Position numbers and translations under genes: made by a program. Of a stretch of DNA of 64,000 nucleotides, positions 10,538-21,010 are shown one piece after another; position 1 is the stretch's first letter; every line of letters starts with the position of its first letter. Under the pieces are notes generated by a model. That model was not told the DNA's origin. It did no database searches and was given only the letters and a program-made list of their open reading frames with translations. Origin of the DNA: an uncultured delta proteobacterium (GTDB lineage Bacteria > Desulfobacterota > Binatia > Binatales > Binataceae); the NCBI GenBank assembly GCA_963765675.1, contig CAVXXK010000004.1:96001-160000 (forward strand), read 5' to 3'.

Positions 10538-11446
10538 CTACTGCGATCGATCGGGCCCCTGCCCCGCTACCCAACCCGCGCGGCCCGGCAGCTCGATGCG
10601 CACGATCTCGCAGATCGGCAGCTCGGTGCGATTGAGCCGCGACGCGACCTCCCGCATCGCGACGAACTTCGCGCCGCGCTCCTTGAGCGCGCGCAGCATC
10701 ACGCAAAAGCTCTCGAGATGCCCCATCCCTTCGGTCTCGGCGTGAACCGTATGCACATTCAGCGCGTCGGACGTGAACTGTTCGAGGTAGTAACGCATCA
10801 CCGCCGCGTCGTCGGAGAGCCCGGGGCGACCCATTACTTCATCGAGCGTCGGCAGCGTAGTCGGGATCTCCGGCGTCGCGAGGATCTTGTCGCCGATCGC
10901 GCATCGAAATGGATAACGCCCGCGCGTGTCGCTGCGGTACTCGAGATTCTCCGCTTCGAGCGCGAGCGAGGCGGCGTCGTTGGTGCGCCATCCCGGCGCC
11001 GCGAATCCCTTCGCAGACTCGCCCATGATTGCGCGGAACGCCTCGAACGCGTCGTGCAGTTCCGCCCGCACCCCGATGTCTCCGATCGCGTCGATCCGAT
11101 CCTGCCATCGCACATGGTCGTAGCCATGCACGCCGACCTCGAAGCCGCGCGCGCGCAGATCGCGCATTACGGCAGGATATGCGAGCGCGATCGGACGCGC
11201 GGGAAGAATTGTCCCGGAAAGAACCGTTCGCAGGCCGTACATCGAGACCGCTTTGGTCCGGAACATCTTTTTCAGGAAACCGCGATTCTTGAGCACGCGC
11301 ACGATCGCGCGCCCAGAGTTGTCCGGTCCCATCGAGATGTAAAAACTCGCCGCGATTCCTTCGCGCTCGAGCATCGCGGCCATCCGCGGCACGCCCTGCC
11401 CCAGGCCCTGATGCGTATCTACGTCGATCTTGAGCGCCACTTCCAT
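10538..11446 (-). CDS. arnD: ArnD-like polysaccharide deacetylase/deformylase
   Basis: LKIDVDT, MGPDNSGR, HGYDHVRWQ, PTTLPTLDE and HAETEG motifs; arn context. Confidence 0.85.
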   Translation of the reverse strand: MEVALKIDVDTHQGLGQGVPRMAAMLEREGIAASFYISMGPDNSGRAIVRVLKNRGFLKKMFRTKAVSMYGLRTVLSGTILPARPIALAYPAVMRDLRARGFEVGVHGYDHVRWQDRIDAIGDIGVRAELHDAFEAFRAIMGESAKGFAAPGWRTNDAASLALEAENLEYRSDTRGRYPFRCAIGDKILATPEIPTTLPTLDEVMGRPGLSDDAAVMRYYLEQFTSDALNVHTVHAETEGMGHLESFCVMLRALKERGAKFVAMREVASRLNRTELPICEIVRIELPGRAGWVAGQGPDRSQ

Positions 11447-11476
11447 CGCACAATCCGAATCCCGATCAGCCGCGCA

Positions 11477-12460
11477 TCAACTGGCGACGCCTGGCGCGTC
11501 CGAGCGCAATACGACCGATCCTTCGAGCAAATTCGCGGCGGCAACATTTCGCGCCGCGCCTTCCGTGCCGCCTTCGAACTGCGCACGGAGGACGAGCACG
11601 CTGCCCTCGCCCGCCGCGACTTCGAGCGCGCCGCCGGCGTCCTCGCCGATTATCTCGCCGGGCTCGCCGCGCGATCCGTTCTCGTTTGCGATTCGCGCGC
11701 TCCAGATGAACAGCTTGCGATCGCCAAGGTAGCAGAATGCACCGGGATAGGGATGCGTCACTGCGCGGACGAGATTCGTGACTCGGCGCGCCGGCCATCG
11801 CCAGTCGATCCTTCCGTCTTCCGGCCGCCTCCGCCCGAAGTAACTTCCGGCGGCGAGGTCCTGCGGCGTTCGCGGCGCGGTTCCCGCAACGATCTGCGGA
11901 TGATATTCGCGCACGATCGCGGCGCCCACCGGCACCAGCTTGCGATAGAGCGTGAGCGCCGTGTCGGCGTCGTCAATCGCGACGGTTTTCTGCGCGACGA
12001 TATCGCCCGCGTCGGCGCGCGCGACCATGTGATGCAGCGTCACGCCCGCTTCGCGCTCGCCGTTGGCAAGCATCCAGTTGACGGGGGCGCGTCCGCGGTA
12101 ACGCGGCAGCGGCGAAGGATGCAGATTGTACGCGCCCATCGGCGCGAGCGCGAGCACGTCTTCCGCGATCAGATGCCTAAAGGAAAACGAGTAGATGATC
12201 GCCGGGCGCATCGCCGCGATCTTCGCGGTCCATTCGGCGTCGATCTTGTCGGGATAGTGCACCGCGATATTGTGCCGCGCCGCCAGCTCCGCGCACGAGC
12301 GCCACCAGATTTCCTCGTGAGGATCGTCGCGATGAGAAAACAGCGCCGCAATCGGCGCCCCGAGCTCGATCAGCTCCGCCAGGCACGCGTACCCCATCTC
12401 GTGGTAAGCGAACACGACGCACACGGCGTCCTTGACCGCGAGATCGGAGCGCGCACTCAC
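11477..12460 (-). CDS. Stand-alone formyltransferase (ArnA N-terminal-like)
   Basis: VFAYHEMG, NLHPSPLPRYRGRAP, DAGDI and RAVTHPYPGA motifs. Confidence 0.85.
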   Translation of the reverse strand: MSARSDLAVKDAVCVVFAYHEMGYACLAELIELGAPIAALFSHRDDPHEEIWWRSCAELAARHNIAVHYPDKIDAEWTAKIAAMRPAIIYSFSFRHLIAEDVLALAPMGAYNLHPSPLPRYRGRAPVNWMLANGEREAGVTLHHMVARADAGDIVAQKTVAIDDADTALTLYRKLVPVGAAIVREYHPQIVAGTAPRTPQDLAAGSYFGRRRPEDGRIDWRWPARRVTNLVRAVTHPYPGAFCYLGDRKLFIWSARIANENGSRGEPGEIIGEDAGGALEVAAGEGSVLVLRAQFEGGTEGAARNVAAANLLEGSVVLRSDAPGVAS

Positions 12461-12463
12461 AAC

Positions 12464-13448
12464 TTATCCGCGATCTTGGCGCGCGTTGTCCTGGTGGCCG
12501 TCCTGGCGATCGGCATGTTCATCACGATCACCATGCACGCCGCGCACGATGTAAGTCGGACGGCGGCGCACCTCGATATAAATTCTGCCCACGTATTCGC
12601 CGATCAGGCCGAACGCAAGGAACTGGAAGCCGACGAACAGAAACAGGATCGCGAACAGCGACCACAACGCGCCTTCCTGCTGCGGTCCGAAGATCAACCG
12701 ATGCAGAATCAGAACCGCAACCAGGATTGCATCGAGCACGAAAATTCCGATTCCCGCGAAGCTCAGCGCCTGGATCGGCAACAGCGAGAATCCGGTGATC
12801 AGGTTGAGGCTCAGCGTCGCGAGCCGCAGAAGATTGTATTTCGATTTGCCCTCGGCGCGCTCGGCGTGCGCCACGCGGATTTCCGTCACCCGCTTGGCGA
12901 ACGAGTTCGCCAGCGCCGGCACGAACGCCGCCTTCTCATCGCAATCGACTACCGTATCGACGATATGCCGCCGGTACGCGCGCAGCATGCATCCGTAATC
13001 ATGCATCGGCACGCCGACGATCACCGAGGTCAGGCGGTTGTGCATCCGTGACGCGTACTTGCGCCAGCTCTCGTCCTGCCGTTCCTCGCGCCATCCGCCG
13101 ACCACGTCGTTGCCCGCGTCGATCGCGGCGAGCAACCGCGGAATCTCTTCGGGCGGATTTTGCAGGTCCGCATCGAGCGTCACGATCACTTCGCCCCGCA
13201 CTTGCCTGAACCCCGCGAGGATCGCGGCATGCTGCCCGAAGTTGCGCGCCAGCTCCACCACGCGCACACGGCCCGCCTGCGCCGCGGCGATCTCGCGCAG
13301 GATCACCAGCGAATCATCGATCGATCCGTCGTCGATAAATACCGCTTCCCACGGTCGCGAAAGCCCCTCGAGCACCGGCAACAGGCGCGTCCAAAGACGC
13401 GCCCAGGTTGCCCGACTCGTTGAACACCGGGATCACAATCGAGACCAT
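12464..13448 (-). CDS. arnC: ArnC-like GT2 glycosyltransferase, +1 frameshift near 13403
   Basis: VSIVIPVFNE in one frame; DDGS, RNFGQHAA and DADLQNPP in the next; one extra G in a GGG run. Confidence 0.8.
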
Positions 13449-13558
13449 CCCGGCCTGCGGCGCTCTCCGCGCGGGAGTGTCGCGAAACGAACTTATTTGG
13501 CTTGCGGCCACTAAACGGCCATTGTGGCAAACGCACGCCCGAGGTTAAAGACACCAAC

Positions 13559-13625
13559 CGGCCGCCAAGACACGAAGGCACAAAGAAGAAATCTTCTGCT
13601 TAGTGTCTTCGTGTCTTAGTGGCCG
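13559..13625. repeat. Palindromic repeat, family C
   Basis: Imperfect IR CGGCCGCCAAGACACGAAGGCACAAAG / CTTAGTGTCTTCGTGTCTTAGTGGCCG between divergent genes. Confidence 0.7.
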
Positions 13626-13689
13626 CTTGAACTCTTAGTGCTCGCTTGAGGTTGACGACGCGACGCTGCGCCTTAACACTGCAAGGATC

Positions 13690-15402
13690 ATGATACCGCG
13701 TTCCCGAGCAGGTCGAATCGCGCTTGCCGCGATCGTTGCCGCGATTCTCTACCTGCCCGGACTCGGGCGTCCCGCACTATGGGAACCGGACGAGGGGCGT
13801 TACGCCGAGATCGCGCGCGAGATGGCGATTTCCGGCGACCTCGTGACGCCGCGCGATGACTATATCCGCTATTTCGAGAAGCCTCCGCTGGTTTATTGGG
13901 CGGAAGCCGGAGCGATCCGGATTCTCGGTCCGACTGAGTTCGCCGTGCGGCTTCCCGCCGCGCTTTTCACCGTCGGCGAGGTCGCACTCGCTTGCGCGAT
14001 CGGCGACGCGATGTTTGGCGCGGCTGCGGGACTTCTCGCCGCGCTGGCGCTCGCACTGTCACCGCTGGTGTTCGCATTCGCGCGCTTTGCGACGCTCGAT
14101 CCGGCGCTCGCATTTTTCTTGACCGCCGCGATCGGCGCATTTCTCGCCGCCTCGCGCGCGCCCGATTTCGGCTCCGGCGCCGGGCGGTACTGGATGTGGC
14201 TCGCGGCCGCGATGCTCGCACTCGGCACGCTCAGCAAAGGTCCGGTCGCGCTCGTGCTGGGCGGCGCGATCGCGCTGGTCTGGATGCTGGTCGAGCACCG
14301 CGCGCGCGAGCTGCGGCGCATCCCGTTCGTCTCCTGCGCGATCATCTATCTCGCGATCGTGATGCCGTGGTTCATCCTGGCCGAGCATCGCAACCCCGGC
14401 TTTCTTGAATTCTTTTTCATCCACGAGCACATCGAACGCTTCACCAGCTCGCAGGAGCACGGATGGGGTCCGTGGTTCTTCATTCCGGTCGTCATCGGCG
14501 GCGCGTGGCCATGGATATTTTTCGCGCCGCTCGGATGGATTGAGATCAGCCGCTCGAAAGAGAACCCGCTCCGCTCGCGATCGAATCTGCTCGTCATCTG
14601 GTTCGCGGCGATCGTGATGTTCTTTTCGATTCCGCGCTCGAAGCTCGGCTCGTATATCCTGCCCGCGCTTCCGCCGCTGGCGATTCTCGCCGGCTATGGT
14701 CTCACGCGTATCTCTCAAATCTCCCGCGACCGGGCAGTCGCGTGGATGCGACCCTTCGCGATCGTGAATATCTGCGCCGCCCTCGCCGCCTCCATCGGCT
14801 TCTACTTCGAGGCGCATCGGCTGCCGCGTGGCCTCGCGCTCGATGGCGCGATGATCGCCGCCGTACTCGCGGCGGGCGCGATTGCGGCGTACCTCCTCGC
14901 CCGCAATGCCGCCCGAGCTGCATTGGCAATCGTACCGATGGCGCTCGCGATGCTGCTGACGATCGGAATCGCCGAGCGCGCTCGCACCGCCGCGGCTCCA
15001 GTTGTCAGCTACCGCGAACTCGCACGAGGGATCGCGCCCTATCTGGCCCCCGGATGCGTCCTCGGCTCGTATCATCATTATGTGCAGGCGTTGCCCTTCT
15101 ATACCGGGACGCGCGAGATGCCGGTGCAGTACTGGGGCGAGCTCGGCGAATTCGCCGACCCGTCCGAACAGCACAACGAATTTATCGGCACGGCGACGCG
15201 GCTCAAAGAAATGTGGACGCATTCACAATGCTTCGTGCTGATCGCGAACGAAAAAGACCTGCCCGAAATTCTGAAAACTCTGCCGAATCCGAAACCGACG
15301 GTGATCGCCTGCGAAGGCAAAAAACTCGCCCTCTTCAACGGACCTCCATCGCATCCCTCGCCCGCGTCTGGTCCCTCGCCCTGTAAGGGAGAGGCCAGGT
15401 GA
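13690..15402 (+). CDS. arnT: ArnT/GT39 family glycosyltransferase
   Basis: PDEGRYAEIAREM, YFEKPPL, KGP and SKLGSYILP motifs; many TM segments. Confidence 0.85.
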   Translation: MIPRSRAGRIALAAIVAAILYLPGLGRPALWEPDEGRYAEIAREMAISGDLVTPRDDYIRYFEKPPLVYWAEAGAIRILGPTEFAVRLPAALFTVGEVALACAIGDAMFGAAAGLLAALALALSPLVFAFARFATLDPALAFFLTAAIGAFLAASRAPDFGSGAGRYWMWLAAAMLALGTLSKGPVALVLGGAIALVWMLVEHRARELRRIPFVSCAIIYLAIVMPWFILAEHRNPGFLEFFFIHEHIERFTSSQEHGWGPWFFIPVVIGGAWPWIFFAPLGWIEISRSKENPLRSRSNLLVIWFAAIVMFFSIPRSKLGSYILPALPPLAILAGYGLTRISQISRDRAVAWMRPFAIVNICAALAASIGFYFEAHRLPRGLALDGAMIAAVLAAGAIAAYLLARNAARAALAIVPMALAMLLTIGIAERARTAAAPVVSYRELARGIAPYLAPGCVLGSYHHYVQALPFYTGTREMPVQYWGELGEFADPSEQHNEFIGTATRLKEMWTHSQCFVLIANEKDLPEILKTLPNPKPTVIACEGKKLALFNGPPSHPSPASGPSPCKGEAR

Positions 15403-15519
15403 GGGTCCTTTAGTATTGAGTCGCGCTAATGCGCGACCATAATTCTTTTGAATCGCGCGTCGCTGTCGCGTCGCGCTGAAAAATGACCCTCACCTTACCT
15501 CTCCCATACTGGGCGAGGG
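15373..15519. repeat. Inverted pair of family-A variant repeats
   Basis: 15373-15405 and 15487-15519 are near reverse complements; a third copy lies at 52939-52971. Confidence 0.75.
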
Positions 15520-15624
15520 ATCAGACAAGGGGCGCGGAACCGACCACCGGGGGGCACTTGGAATCCCTGCGGGCGGTCTGTAGTTATTTGGCTGGCAGAA
15601 ACGCTGGGGCCCAGGGAATCGAAC

Positions 15625-16107
15625 ATGAAGTATCCGCTGACCCTCCTGATCTTCGCCGCAATCGCCGTCGCGGCTGCGTCCTGCGCTCCGGTCGCGCAGG
15701 ATCAGGCGCAGTCCGCATATGCCGCGGGGCGCTACGATGAAGCCGCCAATGATATCCAGGCCGCACTCGGACACGATCCCGACAGCCAGACCCTCAAGCA
15801 GCTCGCCGCGCAGATCTTCACCCAGCGCGGAGTCAAGGAATATCAAGCCGGCCAGATGATCGCGGCGGCCGACGATTTCCAGCGCGCGATCAACTACTAC
15901 CCGACCTACTCGATGGCCTACGACTACATGGGGATGCTCTCGTTTCAGCAGCATAATTGGCAGGACGCGATCAAATACGGCAGCGCAGGCGCCGGCTACG
16001 CCGGCACGCCTGAACCTGACTACGTGAAGTCGGCGCGCCAGAATCTTCTCAAAGTCCAGTCCGGCGGTTTCGCGCCCTATGTCGGCGCACGCAGGACAAA
16101 CCAGTGA
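15625..16107 (+). CDS. TPR lipoprotein
   Basis: Lipobox-like AASC; TPR-like helical repeats. Confidence 0.75.
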   Translation: MKYPLTLLIFAAIAVAAASCAPVAQDQAQSAYAAGRYDEAANDIQAALGHDPDSQTLKQLAAQIFTQRGVKEYQAGQMIAAADDFQRAINYYPTYSMAYDYMGMLSFQQHNWQDAIKYGSAGAGYAGTPEPDYVKSARQNLLKVQSGGFAPYVGARRTNQ

Positions 16108-16157
16108 CGGGCAAAGCGTGGCCTGGAAACGGCAGTACGATGTGGATGAGCAGGTGA

Positions 16158-16808
16158 GTGGTGGCTGACGAGAAACCCGAATCTTCCGCAAAGCCGTTCG
16201 GGCCGGCCGCCGCCGACGCGACCCTCGGCCAATACCTGACCGAGGCGCGCAAGAGCCGCGGCTTCACTCCTGAGCAAGTCGTTGCCGAAACCCGGATCCC
16301 CGCGCACTACGTCCGCGCGATCGAAAGCGACGACTACGCGACCGTCTCCGATGAGCTATACCTGCTGCCGTTCCTGCGCCGCTACGCGACCTATGTCGGC
16401 CTCGACCCGGAAGAAGTCGCCTCGCGTTTCGTGCGCGACGTGCAGCGTGCCGAGAACAATCCTTCCGCGCGGATCGCCGAGCCGATTTCGATGGTCACCA
16501 GCACGCGCGAGCGCAAGCCGCCGCGCGGCCGCCCGGTCGCGACCGCCTTGTTGATTGCGGCGCTGGTGATCCTCGCCATCGCGGTCTATCTGCGCCGCGA
16601 CACGCTCATCAGCAGCGCGCGCGGCATGGCCGGCGGCAGCACCGCGTCGCCGCTCGCGTCGCCGGCCGCTTCCGCCCCGGGCGCAGACGCCGATAACACT
16701 CCGCAAGCGCAGTCGTCGGGAATTCCATTCAAGACCGTGATCACGCCGCAGTCGCCCGCCGCTGCCGTCCCGTCCCCCGAAGCACCCGCGCAATCAGACG
16801 ACAACTAG
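16158..16808 (+). CDS. RodZ-like HTH membrane protein
   Basis: TLGQYLTEARKSRG..TRI..AIE..FLRRYA..GLD pattern followed by one TM segment. Confidence 0.75.
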   Translation: MVADEKPESSAKPFGPAAADATLGQYLTEARKSRGFTPEQVVAETRIPAHYVRAIESDDYATVSDELYLLPFLRRYATYVGLDPEEVASRFVRDVQRAENNPSARIAEPISMVTSTRERKPPRGRPVATALLIAALVILAIAVYLRRDTLISSARGMAGGSTASPLASPAASAPGADADNTPQAQSSGIPFKTVITPQSPAAAVPSPEAPAQSDDN

Positions 16809-16824
16809 CATCCGCTCTCTCAGG

Positions 16825-17117
16825 AGAGCTTTGCATAACCAATCAGAGTAGTGCGTGCCGGTGCGTGAGGGCGAGATTCCTCGCGATCCCCGCCGCTCCA
16901 AGTGATGCGCACGTCGCCATCTGCATTGCCTATGCGCGCTCGGAATGACAATTTGTCCTGGTTTTGTGTCATTCCGAGCGCGATCGGACAAGGTGTTATC
17001 GGTTCGTTTGCTCCATGCTGCGCGGCAGATGCCGCGAGAGCCTGTCCTGAGCAGGGCCGAAGGAAATCTCGCCCTTTCGCATAGGCGCACTCCTTCCGAG
17101 TGGTTACGCGAAGCTCT
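16825..17117. repeat. About 290-bp imperfect palindrome (family B, MITE/REPIN-like)
   Basis: Terminal IR AGAGCTTTGCATAACCA / TGGTTACGCGAAGCTCT enclosing the same inner motifs as 9305-9480. Confidence 0.8.
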
Positions 17118-17121
17118 ACTT

Positions 17122-17775
17122 TCAGTGCAGGATCGAATTCGCGATCTCTTCCGCCACCAGCTTCTTCGCCGTGCGGATATCGTCGCCCGGATGCGCCACC
17201 GCTACCACCTTGAGCTCGCTCTGCGATCCTGAAACGGTCGCGCGCGCGATAATTGCGGTGTCGTAAATCTTGTTCGCGGGCAGGCCGTTATACGTCTCCG
17301 GGTTGCTCTGAATCCCGTTCTTGAAAGTCTGGTACTGGCGAAACTGCGCCGTCGTCGGATCGTCCGGCGCCATATTCTGGCGCTCCGCTTCGATCGCGTA
17401 CGGATCCGGCGTGGTGTCGCCAGCATTGCCGACCGCCGGAACCTCGGCGCCCAGATCCTTGAGCATCCCGGCCACCGACGGATCGCCCGGCGAAACATCC
17501 TGCAGCGAAACCCCGGGCGATAGCACGTGCACGCTGAGCGTCACCGTCACGACCACCGGCGCGCCGTTGCCCCGATGCGTGCTCAGATCGCCGCTCAGCA
17601 CGTTCTGCACAGTCGAGTCGGTGCAGATCGCCATCACCGGCGCGCCCCGCGCGATATCCAGCCGCCCGAGCGTCTTCACGTCCGCCGCGATTGCGCGAGC
17701 TCCGCCGCTCGCCACAGTCGCCGCTATCGCAAACAGGATCGACGCACCGGCTTTGCCTATCGACCGCTTCATCAC
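17122..17775 (-). CDS. Secreted hypothetical protein
   Basis: Signal peptide ending AIA-A; directly downstream of the PLP enzyme gene. Confidence 0.6.
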   Translation of the reverse strand: MMKRSIGKAGASILFAIAATVASGGARAIAADVKTLGRLDIARGAPVMAICTDSTVQNVLSGDLSTHRGNGAPVVVTVTLSVHVLSPGVSLQDVSPGDPSVAGMLKDLGAEVPAVGNAGDTTPDPYAIEAERQNMAPDDPTTAQFRQYQTFKNGIQSNPETYNGLPANKIYDTAIIARATVSGSQSELKVVAVAHPGDDIRTAKKLVAEEIANSILH

Positions 17776-17784
17776 CGCCCTTCC

Positions 17785-18846
17785 CTATCGGTAAGCCCGC
17801 GCCGCTTCGATCGGCCAAATCGCGATCACTTCGTCGCCGCGCACCACGTAATATTCGCTGTGCAGATTGATCGTCGTATCGCCGTGGCTCGGAATCAGCT
17901 CGAGCTTCATCCCCGCCGCAAGCTCGCTGTGTCCGGCCGCCACATGTCCGTGCTCCTCCGACAATCGCTCGACTTTGATCGGCAGAAATTTTCCCCGCGG
18001 CGGACCAAATTCATTGGTCAGCGCTTTCATCCCGGCGTCGGTAATCGCGCGCTCGCCGCGCCGCGAAATCACCGTCGTCAAAAGACTCAGCGCCGGCTGC
18101 CCGAGGTCCGGCCGCACGAACCGGTAGGTGCCGTCCATGAAAACATACGAGCCCGCCTGCACCTCCGTGACTTCCGGCCACGAGCCCGCGATGTCGTAAG
18201 TGCCGGTCCCTCCCGCGCTCACGATCTCCGGCGCAAGTCCCGCCGCGCGCAGCGCCGCAACGTGCCGGCTCAGCACAGTCAACGCCTCGCGCGCCGTGGC
18301 CTCGCGTTTTTCGCGATCGGCAATCAGCACCGCGTGCCCTTCGTATCCCATGACTCCGCGATAGCGCAGCGGTCCGCGCGTGATCCGCCGCGCGAGCGCG
18401 ATCGTTTCTTCGGGAGACTCGGCGCCGCATCGATGCATCCCCGTGTCGACTTCGATTATCACGTCGGCGCCGCGGCCCGCGCGCTCGGCGCCCTGCTCGA
18501 GCTCGCGGACGTTGAATTCGCTCTCGACCGTCGCGATGATTTCCACCTGCCGCGCGACTGCGAAAAAGCGATCGATCTTTTGCGCTCCCGCGATCTGATT
18601 CGCGAGCAGAATCGGCCCGAGGCCCGCGCGTGCCAGCACCTCGGCCTCGCCGACCTTCGCCACCGTGATTCCGATCGCGCCCGCGGCAAGCTGGCGCCGC
18701 GCTATTTCAGGCGTCTTGGGAGTCTTGAAGTGCGGCCGGAGTTTCTGCGGACGCGCGCGAAAATATTCCGCCATCGCGGCGATATTCGCCTCGGCTACGT
18801 CGAGGTCGAGGATCAGCGCGGGCGTGTCGATCTCGTTTTTACGCAT
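17785..18846 (-). CDS. DSD1/D-threonine aldolase family PLP-dependent enzyme
   Basis: IDTPALILD, LRPHFKT, MGYEGH, GGTGT, QAGSYVFMD and SEEHG motifs. Confidence 0.88.
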   Translation of the reverse strand: MRKNEIDTPALILDLDVAEANIAAMAEYFRARPQKLRPHFKTPKTPEIARRQLAAGAIGITVAKVGEAEVLARAGLGPILLANQIAGAQKIDRFFAVARQVEIIATVESEFNVRELEQGAERAGRGADVIIEVDTGMHRCGAESPEETIALARRITRGPLRYRGVMGYEGHAVLIADREKREATAREALTVLSRHVAALRAAGLAPEIVSAGGTGTYDIAGSWPEVTEVQAGSYVFMDGTYRFVRPDLGQPALSLLTTVISRRGERAITDAGMKALTNEFGPPRGKFLPIKVERLSEEHGHVAAGHSELAAGMKLELIPSHGDTTINLHSEYYVVRGDEVIAIWPIEAARAYR

Positions 18847-18891
18847 CGCACCTGATCCTATCATCTGGCGCGCGAGGTTTTGATCGCCGCG

Positions 18892-19386
18892 CTACGGCAG
18901 CTTCTGATCGAGGATCTCTTTCGCCCGCGCCGCGCGCCATGCAACCAGGCGCTCAGCCAGCTCGCGATCCCCAAGCGCGATTATCTGCGCCGCGTAAAGT
19001 CCGGCGTTGGCCGCTCCCGGTTTGCCGATCGCCATCGTGGCAACAGGCACGCCTTTGGGCATCTGCGCGATCGCGAGCAGCGCATCGATTCCGTTGAGCG
19101 CCCATCCCGGCATCGGCACTCCGATCACCGGCAGAATCGTTTTCGCCGCCAGCACCCCGGGCAGCGCCGCCGCTCCGCCCGCCGCGCCGATCAGCACGCA
19201 GATTCCGCGTCCCGCCGCCGCGCCCGCATACTCGAGCGTCTGCTCGGGCGTGCGATGCGCCGACAGCACCCGAACCTCATGCGGTACTTTAAGTTCTGTC
19301 ATGACCTCGGCCGCCGCCGCCATGAATTCCCAGTCGCTTTTGCTGCCCAGCACCACGCCGACCAGCGCTGATTGCCCCGATGCCAT
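18892..19386 (-). CDS. purE: N5-CAIR mutase
   Basis: GSKSD, SAHRTP, AGGAAALPG and QMPKGVPVAT motifs. Confidence 0.95.
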   Translation of the reverse strand: MASGQSALVGVVLGSKSDWEFMAAAAEVMTELKVPHEVRVLSAHRTPEQTLEYAGAAAGRGICVLIGAAGGAAALPGVLAAKTILPVIGVPMPGWALNGIDALLAIAQMPKGVPVATMAIGKPGAANAGLYAAQIIALGDRELAERLVAWRAARAKEILDQKLP

Positions 19387-19525
19387 CTCTTATAAGGCTC
19401 CCTCGTCAACTTCGGATGCCACGAGGCTCGCCGCCCGCCGCGCAGTTGTCAAGCCCGCGGCCGCCGCGATTGCCGCGAACTCGGCGGATAGGACATCGCG
19501 GCCGATTCCGGCAAAATGTCCGATC

Positions 19526-20977
19526 ATGGCGACTCCGATTCCGCCGAATCATTGCGCCTTCACCCTGGGCGAGGCCGCCGCCGCGGTCGGCGGAGTCCTG
19601 CGCGGCGCCGACCCGGAGCGCCGTGCTTCGAGCGTCAGCATCGACACCCGCTCGCTCGAACCGGGCGCGATCTTCGTCGCGCTGCGCGGCGAGGCCGACG
19701 GCCATGCATATCTTGCGCGTGCCGCCGAGCGCGGCGCCGCCGCCACGATCGTCGAAACCGGCCGCGCGATAGATGCGCTCGCCTCGATCGAGGTCACTGA
19801 CACACTCGACGCGCTCGGCCGCCTCGCACGCGCTCATCTCGCGCGCATCCGCGCCGCACAGAATCTCCCGGTCGTCACGATCGGCGGCGCCGCCGGAAAG
19901 ACCACCACCAAGGAGCTCACCGCCGCAGCGGCCCGCGTCATCTTCGGTGCAACGCTGGCTACGCCCGGCAATCTCAATAATCTGATCGGCGTTCCGATGA
20001 CGATATTCATGCTCACGACCGAGCATCGCGCCGCGGTCCTCGAATGCGGCACCAACACGCGCGGCGAGATCGCGCGGCTCGGCGCGATTGTCCAGCCCGA
20101 CGCGGCCGCGGTGCTGAACGTCGCGATCGAACATAGCGAGGGGTTGGGCACGCTCGAGGAGATCGCCGACGAGGAAGCTTCGATATTCGCCGCCACGCGC
20201 CGCACCGCTGTCATTCCCGCGGACGACGCGATTCTACTAAAGAGGCTTCCAGCAGAGTTGCGCGCGATTTCGTTCGGCGTGGCGCGCGGCGCCGACGTAC
20301 GCGTGGTGAACCGCGCGGCGCTGAGCGATGGCCGAGCCCGAATCACGCTCCAACTGAATCCCGCCCTGCTCACCACCGGCGCGAATCCAATCCTGAACGC
20401 AGAGATTCATATGCTCGGCGCCGCCGCCGCACTTAACTGCGCCGCCGCTTTGGCCGCGGTCGCGGCAATCAGTCCCACGCCGATCACCGCCGATCAGCTT
20501 GAAGCGATTGGCGCGGTGTTCGCCGCCGCAAAACCGATCGCGCGTAGGATGGTGCCGCTTGAAATCGGCGGAGCGCTGGTCCTCGACGACAGCTACAACG
20601 CCCAGCCGCCCTCGATGCGCATCGCGATCGAAACCGCGCGCGAGATCGCCGCCGCACGTGGCGCGCGCCTGGTGCTCGCGCTCGGAGATATGCTCGAGCT
20701 CGGGGCACTCGCGCCCGCTTCGCACGACGCGGCGCTTCGCCACGCCGCCGACTCCGGCGCGGCGGTCATCGTCGCGGTCGGACCCGAGATGCGCGCCGCG
20801 CTGGCGCGTCTAACCTCGAGCGGATGCGATCTACTCGACGCCGCCGATAGCGACGATGCCGCTCGAATTGTGCGCGGTGTCCTCCGCTCCGGCGACGTGC
20901 TGCTGGTCAAGGGCTCGCTGGGAATGGCGATGGACCGCGTGGTCGATGCGCTCCGACGGGATCGCACCGACCCTTGA
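19526..20977 (+). CDS. murF: UDP-MurNAc-tripeptide--D-Ala-D-Ala ligase
   Basis: SIDTR, GKTTTKE, NLNNLIGVP, DDSYNA, LGDMLELG and LVKGS motifs. Confidence 0.92.
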   Translation: MATPIPPNHCAFTLGEAAAAVGGVLRGADPERRASSVSIDTRSLEPGAIFVALRGEADGHAYLARAAERGAAATIVETGRAIDALASIEVTDTLDALGRLARAHLARIRAAQNLPVVTIGGAAGKTTTKELTAAAARVIFGATLATPGNLNNLIGVPMTIFMLTTEHRAAVLECGTNTRGEIARLGAIVQPDAAAVLNVAIEHSEGLGTLEEIADEEASIFAATRRTAVIPADDAILLKRLPAELRAISFGVARGADVRVVNRAALSDGRARITLQLNPALLTTGANPILNAEIHMLGAAAALNCAAALAAVAAISPTPITADQLEAIGAVFAAAKPIARRMVPLEIGGALVLDDSYNAQPPSMRIAIETAREIAAARGARLVLALGDMLELGALAPASHDAALRHAADSGAAVIVAVGPEMRAALARLTSSGCDLLDAADSDDAARIVRGVLRSGDVLLVKGSLGMAMDRVVDALRRDRTDP

Positions 20978-21010
20978 GTTCCGCTACTCATGCGGCGCGA
21001 GTCTCGTTCT

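Noticed and set aside
10718-13051. 777-aa plus-strand ORF and similar long antisense ORFs (e.g. 57009-58691, 46846-48267, 62008-63375)
   Set aside because: Shadow frames of high-GC genes on the opposite strand, with no recognisable motifs
19007-19525. Long N-terminal extension of MurF
   Set aside because: Overlaps purE antisense; MurF-like sequence begins near 19526
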